Shown piece by piece: positions 24,525 to 37,270 of a DNA stretch of 64,000 nucleotides. This DNA comes from Octopus sinensis (Eukaryota): assembly GCF_006345805.1 (NCBI RefSeq), contig NW_021836134.1, positions 62,001-126,000 of the forward strand, given 5' to 3'. The notes beneath the pieces are model-generated. The model saw only the letters and a list, made by a program, of their open reading frames with translations, made no database searches and was not told where the DNA came from. Position 1 is the stretch's first letter, and each line of letters begins with the position of its first letter. The translations under genes were made by a program, and so were the position numbers.

Positions 24525-26840
24525 CAGTGGTTCTTAACCTTTTTTAAGTCAGCGCCCCCTTTTGACACAATTTCGAAGCTTCAAAATTTCAGCGCCCCCC
24601 TATTATTTAATTTATTTTTTTTCAATTATAGATTTATTTGGCAATTTTTTCGCCAATTGTTTCATTTTAATATTTTCGAATATTACTTATTATTTTTTTA
24701 GAATTAAAAGGGTATTCACAAACCAAACTTTTTTATATAAAAAAATTTTAGTGACTGCCTTGTGCTTGATGGGAATTTGTCAATCGTTTTATGTCAGCTT
24801 CAATAGTCGACAGACTTAGTCTCAAATCTCCTCTATTCACAATTTGTAATTTATTTCTTTTTTTGGTCAAAATATTAGAGACTGCACTAAATCCTCTTTC
24901 AACTAGATATGTTGAAGGAAATGCTATTATAAGTGTTTCAATTTCATTCCACAATAAAGGATATTTTTTTCTATGAGTAACCCAGAATTGTTGATATCCA
25001 TATTTGTTGAAAATGACTTTAGCTTCAAAGTCATATTTCAGATTTAATAAATTTTCTGTTATTTCTTGAGATAAATTAACGTTTTCAGTTTCAAATGGAT
25101 TTATATACCAATCAAAAAATTTTAAATTTTCTAAATCTTCAAAGCGGATTTTCATGTCATCTTTTAACATTTTTAGATGCAAGCAAAAGCATTCACAGTC
25201 AGAATCCGTTAATTTTTCGACCTAATAAATATTATTACAAAAAATAACCCCAAATTTTTGTAGATTTGGAAAATTAATAAAAATCTTTTTCTTAATATTG
25301 TTTTCATAAAGTTGTAATTTTTCAATAAAAGGCATAATAATTCCTTTTACATTTATTAAATTGATATTGTTTCCTTGCAAGCTAATATTTACTTGGTTGA
25401 TTTTATAAAAAATATCAGCTAGATAAGCTATATCAGCTTTCAATAAAATCAACTTACTAAAATGATTAAGGAATAATTACCTAAAAATTCTCTGCTCATG
25501 TAACTGACAAAATTCTAAGATTGAATCATACAATTCAAAAAATCGACACAAACAGTTTCCTTTTGAAAGCCATCTAACATGGGTATGCAAAAGAAGTCGT
25601 TCATAATGCTCATCGTTTTGTTCACAAATATGTCGAAATATTCTCGAATTCAATGGGTGCATTTTAATACGATTTATTGCACATATGACAACATTTAGTG
25701 ATTCATTCAGCCTCTCACTTAAATTTTTCGCAGCTAAATGCTGTCTGTGAATGACGCAATGGATTGTAAAAATATTCGGTACTTTTTCCTTCATATATGC
25801 CAAAAACCCACGATGAACTCCAACCATCGCAGGTGCCCCATCTGTTGAACAAGCAAAAATATTGCTAAGGGGTATTTCATGTTTCAAAAAATATTGTTCA
25901 ACAGTTTTGAAAATTGTTAATCCTCTTGTATCGAGTTCAAGGTGTTCAGAAAATAAAAATTCTTCTTGAATTACATCATTTTGATTAATATAACGTACGT
26001 AAACTAATAAAAGTGCAACACTATCGTTGAATGTCGATTCATCAATCTGAATTGAAAATTTTGTTGTTCTTAAAAATGCACATAGGGTTTCTTCGATATC
26101 AAATGCCATTTCATCAATTCTGGAAGAAACAGAACTATTACTCAAAGGAATTGATGAAATTATTTGTTCAGAATCACAATCAACCATTGAATTTAACACT
26201 TCTTTGATAGCTGGTAATATTAATGACTCTCCAATAGTATGAGGTTTTCCTGATTTCGCTATCAATTGCGATATTTTGTATGATGCTAATAGGCCTTTTT
26301 CAAGCATCTTCGAATTTTTGTAAATAGTTGATTAATCATAAGACGATTTTCATAATTATATTTCAGATTAGAAAAATAATTGATATCCGCATCAAGTTTG
26401 TCAGGATGACAAATCTTAAGATGATTTAGCATTCTTGAAGGCTTCATTCCTTCATTTGTAAAGACCTTTTTACACATAAGACACATTGGAAGTGAATTGT
26501 TATGGTCGTAGGGTATCACTCCAAACTTTAGGTATTCATCCGAATATATACGTCGTTTTACTTTTTTATCAGACATCTATAAAATATAATTAAAATATTT
26601 ATTAAAAAGTTCTAAAATATTAAATACAATTAACAAATATTTATAAATATTATCAGTGAATAATTTTTTTACGTACACACAAGACAATTTGAATTTAGAA
26701 TTAATAGAAAAGCACGTGATAATGATTTACAAAAACTAATAAAATATTTATAATAATTAAAAAAAATTAAAATTCCAGCGCCCCCCTAATATGTTCCAGC
26801 GCCCCCAGGGGGGCGCCAGCGCCCCCGTTAAGAATCACTG
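24525..26840 (-). mobile_element. hAT Buster-type transposon, copy 2, nearly identical to copy 1
   Basis: Same TIRs; 8-bp TSD GACTAGAG at 24517-24524 and 26841-26848. Confidence 0.95.
24748..26576 (-). CDS. Buster-type hAT transposase, about 592 aa after removing two introns and one homopolymer indel
   Basis: Zn-finger CLMC...HLKICH, FSIQIDEST, CSTDGAPAM, HCVIHRQHL, HTHVRWLSKG, STYLVERGFS. Introns at 25457-25480 (24 nt) and 25222-25248 (27 nt). Confidence 0.85.
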
Positions 26841-26848
26841 GACTAGAG

Positions 26849-27989
26849 TCTAGTTGAGTCTATCAAATGGTTTTCCTTTTTTTGCGATCTCGTGGCTTAT
26901 CAAAAAATTGGTAATATTTGCAGTCCTGATACCAATATTTAAAAGCGGAATTCTCAATCTGATTATTGTGATACCAATATTTAAAAGCGGAATTCTCAAT
27001 CTGATTATTCTTTGCAAGTTCTCCTACAGCTTTGTTTCGCAAATCACCAATTGGATATTTTGTTGCTTTTTCACTCTTTCAATCTTGAAATATGTTGGTC
27101 AGTTACAATGTTCCCTTTATCGTCTTCTAGAACATACAAATCTCCATTAAAGATTCTGACATAATAAAGTGTAGTATCTAGTCCATCATATAAAGGCAGC
27201 TATGGTCGATTTGCGTCCGAATCAGTTCTTAAAATCACCCGATCTCCCTCAATTATCACATCTTCGTCGTATTTCTACTTTCGCCTCTTTATCATTTTAT
27301 TTTGTCCGTTGGATTTCCGCATTTTCATTTTGACCATCAAAATCTAATAGTGCTTCCAATTTCCTTTTTTCGTATTTTTTGGAAAGATCCACGTTGAAAA
27401 ATATTTCGAAGGGTCTCTGCTTTGTTGTATCGTGAGTAGAATTGTTGTAATCACGAACAACATCTTTTAGGAAATGGATGTAGCATCCAAAATTTCCTCT
27501 CGATCCACCTGCATTGTTCCTGGCGTTTGTTTGCACTTGGTTTGCACCAAGGGGATCCACCTGCATTGTTCCTCTATCTGGATTAAGCAACAAAAAATAC
27601 CGTTCGACTTGTCCCTGTATCCATGGTGCTCGTGGCCGTCCAGAAACATGAGAAATGTTATATTTTTCCCAAAGTTGTTCCATATGAGAATTTTTGAATT
27701 CCTTTCCGTTATCGGTATGAAGAATTGTTTCAGTAAAACTTTCGATCCACCTATTATAGGGTCCTCATCGTATCTCCATTTTCGTTTATTTATCATTTTT
27801 TCTCCGGCAATAATTATATTCGTGTATGCATTTTCTTGTGCATCAGATATCGCGGAATCGATCTCATATGCCTTCATTCCTTCAAGATCCAGATCTGATA
27901 TTGTATTTGGATATTCACAGCCCATAAAAATGTAAAAAAAGGAATTTGTTTCGTAGTATTATGCATCTTGTTGTTATAATCAAAAATTA
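26849..27989 (-). mobile_element. Ginger-like integrase C-terminal region, degenerate (continues at about 24405-24524 across the hAT)
   Basis: GRPRAPWIQGQVER, DVVRDYNNSTH, KRKWRYDED. Confidence 0.65.
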
Positions 27990-30900
27990 AAATGACTTTT
28001 TATTTTGTTGCAATTCCGTGAGTAAAAAAATGTTTCTTTTATTTGGGAAATATAAATTTCTGAAAAAATTAAAAAAAATTAAAAATACAAAAATAAATAA
28101 TTAAAATCCAGATTCTAGAATCGTTAAAGAAAGACAAAAGAAAATATAGGTTAATTAAGGTTGCTTAAGAGCAGAAAGGATAGCGTGGCTATTACCCCTG
28201 ACAACGGTTGTTGAAAGGCGTTGAAACAGCCATTCGGTCTCCCTTCTATCTTTCGTCTGAACCGAGATCAAGGATCCAAGTTTCCTAATGAAAGAGATTG
28301 ATTCCGGACCGAAGACTCCAGATGACTCCACAATAATCGGTTGCACTATGAACCTGTCCTTGAGCTCTGAATATTTTAATTTTTTAATTTTTTCGTAGTT
28401 CTGTGAAGCATATCCTGGAAAGGAGGCTGAGGCGATCAGGTTTGTCTCTGAGAAGGTGTCGGTGCAGGCGCAGTCCCAAACAAGGCACTTCCCGTTGGTG
28501 TACGGAAAAATTGTTATCCCATCAGGCCTTTTTCCGTCTGTGCGGATGAGACCAGGAGGCTCCAGCTGTGCCGGGAAACCAGCTGCATGCAAAGCGTTCT
28601 TGACAATTAGGTTCATTGCATGATGTCTTGGAAACCGGCCTGCACTGCGTCTGCATGAGAGAGCATGCCGTCCGAATTCGTCAACGGAAGCCCCGCAACT
28701 ACAGCGGTGCTGGCGACAGATCTTCATGCAAAGGAGTAAGGAGATCGCAATTCGCAATGTCTCGTCGTCCAGTTTGTTTCCGACTGAAGGGATAGGACAT
28801 GCATTGAGCCACGCTCTTAGGTATAGAGTCATTCCTTATAACATTATCGGTATATCAAGTGTACAGGTACATACAAGAAAGAAGCTTGTTATGAGTCTCC
28901 ACAAAATGCAACGTTTACACATTTTGGGAGGGTAGGGAGTTAGGACCTTCTTGATTTGAAAATTTGAGTTAGTGATCGCTAAGTTTCTGAGTTAGATAAA
29001 AAGGATTGTGAAGTCAGGATGACAAGCGGGATCCGCTTGGTGTGTTTTGCTTCCGAATTTAGAAACTACATAAACTCTTGTTTGGCTTTAAGCAATAGCG
29101 TTTCCTATTCTTAATACACTGAACGTGCTCAGAAGCCTATCCGTTTATAGAAAACAGTTCCCATTCGGTATTGGCGTATATTTACCGACGATACTTTGAA
29201 CCGTCCATTTCATACGTCTGCGGATGATGGGCACCGTGGCTATCGTGGTCCAACAGGAGGTGAATCGAGGAGGTCCAACAAAGGGTCCACAGATTAAACG
29301 AACGTTGGTCGCACAATAACGATATTCTTTCGATTAAATACCGGTGCTCACACGGGTCGCCGGTAACTCTTTCGATTAATGAGGCAATGCGCTGGAGTAG
29401 GGTCCGAGTAGAAGGCCCCTGTATTCCTGACGTCTCAACTGCCAGGGGGACAAACACTCTCCCATTCCCAATTCCAGCGTATTTCTCAGCTTTTCTCTTC
29501 TCAGCCCGTTCAGACTGGGCTCCAGGATTCTCGATGCATAATTTGATATTCTGATTGGAGAAGGAGTTCACACACGTGACGTCCCAAACCAGACACTTTC
29601 CCTCTGGAACGAAAATGTGGTCATCCCATCGGGTCTTCTGCCGTCCTCTACGAAAATCCCTCCAGGTTCCAATTGTGTGTAGAATCCAGCAGTTCGAAGA
29701 GATCGACAGACGATCTGGTTCAGTTAGGAATGCCGTGAGGAACGTCCAATTCCGTTTCGACATGAGAGGGAGTGATATCCAAACTCGTCAGTCCACACGC
29801 CGCACCGGCATTGGTGTTTTTCATAAACGCGTAGACCGAGGCGCAGACAAACTCCAATTCTTACGGCTTCATCATTAAGAAGGCAGCCAGTTGTATTACA
29901 AGGGCAACAGTTTAGCCACGCCCGCTTAGGGGCTGGCTGCCCGCTTGTAAACAAGGAGATTGCAATTCGCAATGTCTCGTCGTCCAGTTTGTTTCCGACT
30001 GAAGGGATAGGACATGCATTGAGCCACGCTCCGGATTGTTTTTGTGAAACGCTTCTAAGGCATGCAAGTCGAGATTGATCAGAGACTTCTTCCAAGTGGT
30101 GGTAAATTGACATAGAAGACAGGTCGTCCCAACATCTCTGTGAGAATGAGTTAGCAGGTATCTTGAGGCCTTTGTTCGACCAAATTTCGATTGCCATCTG
30201 ATACCAGGAGGATGCGTTACGTTCAGCGGAAAGGGGGAGAATAGCATCCACCAGTGAGTCACACGACAATCGAGAAGACAGGAAAGCGGGTAATGCAATA
30301 TCTGCTTGGGAGCGGACACCAATGCCTCCGAATCGTATTGGAAGCGTGGCTTGGGTCCACGAGGCTTCGTCAAAACGAATGTTGCAGAGATTTTCGGCAC
30401 TGTGTTTCAGCCCTGATTCCAGTTCTTTGAGAAGTTCAGGGTTTATAAAGCAGGGGGCAGAGCGGAGAACGTGTTGTGGCTTGGGGAGTGATATGAAGTT
30501 TTTCAACAAGAAAAACCTTTCGTGAGCGTCCAGGATGGATAGCCTGCTTGACATAAACTCAAAAGTGGATAATTTTCCGGACAGTATTTTCTCGATTCCT
30601 TCCGAGAAAATGGGAGATCATAAGACTTCAAGCGACCCTTTCCTGGTTATAATGCCACCCGGTAAGACTGAGTGATATTTTTCCACTATAGTCGCGAAAT
30701 CTTCCTCGTTAGCGTTGAGGTTTATGATCTCAAATTTTGAAGGGTTCAACTGTAATCCAATTTTGTTCAGACTTACATCGATTGATTCGATATCCAAGAT
30801 GACTTGGTGAGTAGGACCACCGATAGTAATGTCATCCAGATACCAAACGTTGAGCGGTGATTTACGGCGTGTGCTGTTGGGTTAACACCCATGGAGAAGA

Positions 30901-32051
30901 GTAATGGACCAAGGGGGTCACCTTGTTGGACCCCAGAGGAGGACAAGATCGTGTGTCCGTCTATCATTAGTTCAAGTGTGCAACCGTAGCACATGCTGGC
31001 CATCGGGAGTAATGGAATGTTATGTTTGCTGCATTTTTAAGGAAGCATGAGCGGTCGATGCAATTAAAAGCATTTTTCATGTCCAATTTAGCAAGAATAC
31101 AGTCGTTATAAGCAGAGTGTGAAAACTCTGTAAAATCCCTCACGGCGTAAACAGTGGCTTCGCAGCCACCTTTAACACCTTTATCGTCTGAGGAAATTAT
31201 TCTCAAGGCGGCCGAGAAGTCGCCCGACATTAACTTGGAACGTACTCTCTTGCGTAGGTTTTCGTTGTGGTTTAGTCTTGGTTTTGACAGTGAGTGGCTT
31301 TCCTGAGATATTAATGTGTCGATGGAAAAGGGGAGGTAAGAAGAAATATATCTTTTAAGTTTGGAAGTAAAATTCCCGGGCAATTTATCTCCACGGGTCA
31401 GGCCAAGTCCGAAAAAGGGGAAGCAGAATGCTTTTGCCCAATCCTAGTCCCTGTTTGAGGACATAGCTCTGGATATCAGATGAGACAAGGCCTCCGCAGC
31501 TGCTGGACGAGCTGGTTTCGGTAAACGGATAGGGATGCTTCTCGAATGACGATATCTTGATAGATAGGATAGTATTGCGTTCGATGAAGTTAGTATATTG
31601 GGAGATTGATCATGGGAACTATCAAACAATGTGGGTGTGTCGTGGAATGAGGCAGCTGCCAGGCAAGAGTTACAGTGCCATATTGGGATGCTGGAAGCAG
31701 ATTTCTTCGAAACCTTGAGACATCCAATATGGAAGTAAGCATGGCAGTTGGCGCAGTAAATGCCGTTTTTGCGGCAGTTAATTTTACTGCATTTACCACA
31801 TGGTAATGGATCGTGGAAAAGGGATGACATGTAAAAATAGGAAAGAAGTATTAAGAAAGATAACAGAAATATCGACGAAAGTATTAAAATATACAAAAAA
31901 TATGAAAAATAACAAATAAATGAAAAAGTACACCACAACAGTTCAACAGTTAAAGAAAAATCTCTGAAATGTCTGAAAAAACTTTAATCCAGAAGTTAAT
32001 GAAGTATGATTCAGGGAGTAAGTTATTCACGAATTTATAAAGAGTCTGGGG
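27990..32051 (-). mobile_element. Near full-length CRE-clade retrotransposon (CRE-A): PHD, partial RT, REL; contains the CRE-B insertion
   Basis: MSSLFHDPLPCGKC...CANCHAYFHIGC...WHCNSC; GCEATVYAVR, KLDMKNAFN, GVQQGDPLGPLLF; QATLPIRFGGIG; CRRSAGRFPRHHAMN, KRPDG, WDCAC, EKIKKLKY, FQRLSTTVVRGN; stop at 28155. Confidence 0.88.
28817..29952 (-). mobile_element. 5'-truncated second CRE family (CRE-B) inserted in CRE-A
   Basis: AWLNCCPCNTTG...HQCRCG...HSLSC, GKCLVWDVTC, KRKAEKY, PLAVETSG; flanked by 79-bp direct repeats. Confidence 0.8.
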
Positions 32052-32720
32052 TCAGATATCGCGGAATCGATCTCATATGCCTTCATTCCTTTAAACCCAT
32101 AAAAATGTAAAAAAAAAAGGAATTTGTTATATTTGGATATTCAAAACCCATAAAAATGTAAAAAGGAATTTGTTTCGCAGTAGCTTGCGTCGTGTTGTTA
32201 TAATCAAAAATTATACCTTTAATAATTTCTACATAGCGTTTAAATAGACCAGATGACGAGCTTGTTGAGGATATCCAACGTTTTAGGCTTTCGTTTAACC
32301 TGAATTTTATTTAATAATTTCAGTTTTTAAACCTCTCAACTTGCCCTTGTATTTAGGGAGCTCGCGGTCTTCCGAAGATATGATAAATATTGTACTTTTC
32401 ACACAATTTAGTCATATAGGAAGTAGTAAATTCCTTTCCATTATCAGTATGTAAAATCCGTGGTGGTTTTTTGAATACCTCTAAAGTTTTTTCCCTTAGT
32501 TCCACTTCGTCCTCACAAAAAACGTAACCGAAGGCCCTTGTGTAAAATATACACTTTATCTTCATTGAATATCATTTTTTGGCCAAATTTTTGTATCGAA
32601 ATCTTTTCTTACGGTCGACATTCCCATCCGGCTCATCAATTGACTGGCCGTCTTGAATTTCTTTGATTATTTTTAGATCCGAAGCTTTCAGTTTCACAAA
32701 ACCCATCTTGCACGCTTAAA
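32052..32720 (-). mobile_element. Ginger-like integrase core fragment
   Basis: PPRILHTDNGKEF and IFGRPRAP; collinear with the 26849-27989 fragment. Confidence 0.7.
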
Positions 32721-32991
32721 AAAATAATTAAAAATATTAACTATTAATATTTTAATTAATTCAAAATGCATTTTCAATCAATTATTTATAGAATTTGCTA
32801 TTTATTTTGCTTTTTATGCTCTAGTGTCCATTCAACGGCGTGTCCGTTCTATGGACGGTCACATCTAATAAGTTTTATTTTTTATTATTAATAATTTTTT
32901 CCAATGAAAAGTTTTCTAAAAAAAATATGTTTGTTGCATTTTAAGCATTGACCTCGCAACCCTGGACGGCTCGTAGCCCTGGACTGTGACA

Positions 32992-33444
32992 TATCATATT
33001 ATAAAATTTCTCGGTTTCGACTTGTTTGAGGCGGTTTTGGAGGTGATGCCAACGTCGATTAGGGTTATCTTTTGTTTAGTTTTGTCATAGACGAAAATAT
33101 CTGGTTTGTTGGATTGAACTTTTGTTGTCAAATGCCCAACCGTTTTTTTGTTTCTCATACAATGATAGCACAATGCTCCCTTGGTTGAAAAGAACAGATT
33201 TTTGTCTTGCAGTAGGCAATATTGTGCCTCACTTCTGGGAGAAACATTTATACTGAAAGCCATCCACTTGACGTTTCTATATCGATATTCTGGCCATCTA
33301 GACATTTGAATAATATGGAATGCACAGCTTTAAATTCGATCCTCTTGATTAACCAAAACCAATTTTCGACGCTCTCTGGAGTTGAACACTCAAATGAATC
33401 TTCCATTTGCTCTGAAATAGCACAATCATTTGAATCATCTAAAA
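32992..33444 (-). pseudogene. R4-like LINE C-terminal (Zn knuckle/REL) remnant
   Basis: HSILFKCLD, GWLSVNVSPRSEAQYCLLQD, CYHC, NKPDIFVYDK...LIDVGIT. Confidence 0.75.
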
Positions 33445-34055
33445 CAGGGATCTCAAACTTTTGACAAGGCGGGACGGATAGAATATTTGGTAGATGACCG
33501 TGGGCCATAGTGTAAAATCAATTAGATTTAATAATGCTCCTAATTTTTTAACCACGACTAAGAAGACAGAATAACAAAAAAAGATTTAAACATTGAATAA
33601 TATTCAAAATTTATTGCCTTGGTTGCAATTTGTCCGAATAAGTTGCAACCAATATCCTCGATTCGTCGTGCAATCGTATTTGCTCCAAGACTTATATTTT
33701 TAAATACATTTTCTTTTTCCGGGCATAACTCTTCTACTGTTTGCCTTATACATTCTTTTATTAACACTCCATCAGAAAAAGGCTTTCCATTTTTAGCCAA
33801 GAGATAAGCTATTTTACAGCTTACCATAGTAATTGATTCATTTTCATTATATTTTCTTTTGAACATAATTTGTTGAGATAATAAAATTCGACTCAGTGAT
33901 TCAAATTTTTCTAAACGGACATCACCTGTTAACTGTGAATATGTTTGTCTATGTTTGGTTTCATAGTGACGTCGAATATTGTATTCTTTCATAACTGCAA
34001 TTTTGTCATTGCATATGACACACACAGCATTTTTATTGAATTCGATGAAAAAGTA
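33445..34055 (-). mobile_element. hAT (GTF2IRD2/SPIN-like) transposon fragment with one terminus
   Basis: Terminus CAGGGATCTCAAAC at 33445; ORF CVIC...KEYNIRRHYETKH, KPFSDG, NISLGANTIARRI. Confidence 0.85.
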
Positions 34056-34056
34056 T

Positions 34057-35330
34057 TTAAGTAACTTTCTTGTTAAATGTTGGTGGTTGAATCTCTCTAC
34101 AATCCCCTGTGTCCGTGGATTTTTGGGCCTTCCTGAATTTGTTTGATTTTAAAATGAAAACTGCCGTGGATCTGTTGAATTTTGAACTCGCAAAGAACCC
34201 GAATTCTGTCCGATTGTCGGATTGTAGATTCTGACAGGGACCATTCAGATAAAATAGGGACTCAAGATTTTTTGAAACCTCGACTCCTGACTTATTAATT
34301 AGTGGCCTAGAAAAAGCAAAACTATGATAATTATAATCATAAAACCGACTATAGACGTCAATAACGGATAGAATCAATTTGTATTCTCTTTTAACGTTTT
34401 CAAACCTTTTCAGATCAATAAGATCTATTTGAAACCGCTCATTCGGAACAGAGGCGAAAACATGTTTAGTTTCATCCACGGTCTAAACCAGGGGTTCTCA
34501 ACCTTTTTAGCTCAAGGGCCAAATCGATAATTAAGATTAGCTTCGCGGGCCGCACAAAAATATTTTATATATTTTTATATTTTCAATTTTACTAAATATT
34601 GATTCGCATAAATATGTAGATTCATATATGCATTGTGTGTTATATTTTTGAATTTGTCTTGAGGAATTAATTCGTAAAAATTAATAATGGACGCATTTTT
34701 GAATAATGCCGCCAGTTCTATATCATGTTGCAAACTAATGAGTTCTAGTTGAAACTTTGCAGGCGCATCCTTAATTTCCACGCTGAATGGAGTTACGAAT
34801 ATTTTCATTAAAGGAAGGAATTCTTTAAAATTCTAAAAATTAAATTTATAATGTACCCCAAAACGTGCTTCAAATTGATTAATGAAATCACCAATTATGG
34901 ATATGTTTAACCTTAAGAATGAATAATTAAATTTAAACATTATTAAAAAATTAAAAAAGTTAGTTACTCTAGAGGGGCCGCAAAAAAAATCCTGGGGGCC
35001 GCATTTGAGAACCGCTGGTCTAAACCATTACTAAAACAGACTTAACTTAAGTGGAAGAGAAAACTTGCAGACATCGCACTCTGATATGACTTTTCTTACG
35101 ACCTCACTTTTCACGATAAAGTAATTCCGGCAACAGAGAAATTCAATTTTTTGACGCCTTCGCGAGACATCAAGTGTAGAGAACAAGCATGGGTCTCTAT
35201 CTCTGCTAGACAGTCCGAAGGAATTACTAATTTTTCAATTTTCCTTTTCAAATAAAGTCTTTAAATTAAAAAAGATTAATACTTATCATTTTTTACAAAA
35301 ATTGGAAGCTTTTTTTGGCCAACCGACGTT
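34057..35330 (-). mobile_element. Ginger-like integrase gene interrupted by a hAT MITE
   Basis: VRKVISECDVCKF, PNERFQIDLIDL, SVIDVYSR|FAFSRPL (24-nt intron at 34322-34345), QSDNRTEF. Confidence 0.75.
34489..35017 (-). mobile_element. Non-autonomous hAT element (529 bp)
   Basis: Termini CAGGGGTTCTCAA and TTGAGAACCGCTG, 8-bp TSD GTCTAAAC; carries a transposase C-terminal remnant (FQLELISLQ). Confidence 0.92.
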
Positions 35331-35649
35331 TGCTTCTATCACGCGGGCCTCTCGCAATGATTGGCGTAATAGGAGGTTTTGTTGCCATCAATCTCTTTGA
35401 CTAATCGTTTATTTTAATTATTATACATTACAAAAACACAGTTTTAATATCATTTTCAATTTCATTTCGAGTAACACCGTAAATTTGTTCTGACAGCTGA
35501 CTAATCATTCTATCTCTTCCAAAATGATTAGTGTGCCTTCTACACATAAGGAGAATTATAGATAACCTAAATCATTGTTAGCTTTACTTCTTCCTCTTCT
35601 ATACAAAAAAATCTGAGTAAGCAATTGTTTTTTTGAATAAATGCCTTTC

Positions 35650-35830
35650 CGTCAGAGAATTCAAAATCTATGCTTTTCAACAGTTCCCCCACAGCGGCAT
35701 TTATGCGCCTGGCAGATTTTTATCCCGACACGGAGGGAGATTGCGATTCTTAGGCATTTCTTATCCACCAGGTTCCCGATGGAAGGGAAAGCCTTTAACC
35801 AGACACTGCTGCCTTCACAGCGACCTGCAC
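35650..35830 (-). mobile_element. CRE-like fragment
   Basis: WLKAFPSIGNLVDKKCLRIAISLRVGIKICQAHKCRCG. Confidence 0.7.
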
Positions 35831-36059
35831 GGAGGCAAGCGACACGGTGTTGATTGGAGACAAGAAGGAGGCCTTCGAAAATTGCTTGACAAGAGATTTC
35901 GTCCCATTGACGCTGGACAGATTGAGAAATTATTTAACTTAAAACTCAATTTTATTTATTGCTTCCTGGATATTTTTAAAAAAGCGTTAGTCACTTGTTT
36001 TAAAATTTGAAAAACACTTTTTTCTTTTATGATTTTCCAATGGAAATTAAATCAAAAAA

Positions 36060-36900
36060 TTATTGTTTATTAAAATTTATAAATTTGGTTTCGGCTCCCG
36101 CGTTGTTGTAAACACGGTAAAACAAAAGGATCTTCAACATTTTTCTTTTTAGCGTAGTCCCGGTAATTCGTGGTCTTCCTCGGAAGGTCGTTCCCGGATG
36201 AGGAGCGTAGTGGTGTTCCATTGCGAGATTTGCGGGAGTTTTCCTGTCCATTTTTATGATGTGACCGAATAAGCCTCATCTATTACTTCTTATTTCTTCG
36301 TCCGAAGGATGTACATTGTAATTGGAGTAGAGATGTTTGTTTGATATGCGCTTTGGCCAAAAGATTTTTAGAATGTATTTCAGCTCCATTCTATGGAAGG
36401 AATTCAGTTTTTCCATTTCGTGCACTGTGAGTGCCCAAGAAGAGGAGTTGTAGAATAAGACTGGTTTTACAAACATATTGTATAGTTTGATTTTTAAGAC
36501 GCAGAAATTTGTTTACCTCTCAACCATACGTTGTTTAATCTTTTAAGCGCGAACGTTTTTAATGATTTTCTTCGTATCATGTCTTCTGTATTTCCTAAGA
36601 GAGTTTCTTTGTATGCCTCCATTTTTCCTCGTGTCGTTGTTCACATAGCCTCATCATAGTGTATTCTGTTATCTCAGTGTTAATTTTTAAGAATGATTTT
36701 TCGAAAGTGTTGGCCAAATGTATTGACAATTTGTCCAAAATTTAATAATATATGAAAAATTAATCTTTGGAATATTTAAGAATTTTCCTTTGTCATTTAT
36801 TTTTTTGTGCAAACTCAAAATAACAACGTCTCGATCTGCGAGCGCGACGGGGCAGGGATTTTCATTTGTAATTTATTAGTTTGCTCCCCAAACTCTATTG
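36060..36900 (-). pseudogene. RTE-like LINE 3' remnant
   Basis: LKIKLYNMFVKPVLFYNSSSW, LNSFHRMELKYILKIFWPKRISN, FGHII, RGRPR. Confidence 0.7.
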
Positions 36901-37270
36901 GCATACCCTTCAACTCTCAAGTTGTTTATTTAGTATCTAAAGAAAATTTTAAACTTTGAGCATTCACAAAGCATAAATTTTCTTGTCTTCAGTCAAACTT
37001 TCTAGCTTTAAAAGTTTTGATGTACATGTACATGCGCGCAATAAATTTCCATCTACTTCTTTAAATTTCTCCTTTAAATAATAAATGATCCAAGTGAATT
37101 AAGAACGACCAACTTCACTGATTAAAGTGAATTGGAGTTTGTTGTCATGTTTTGAACTCGGTCAGCTAAACCATGTGGATGACTTCAATGCGGATGACGT
37201 CACAATTAAAAACTACAAGATTATCTTGAGGAACAATTCCATCATTAATTTAAGTCCCCAACCATTTACT

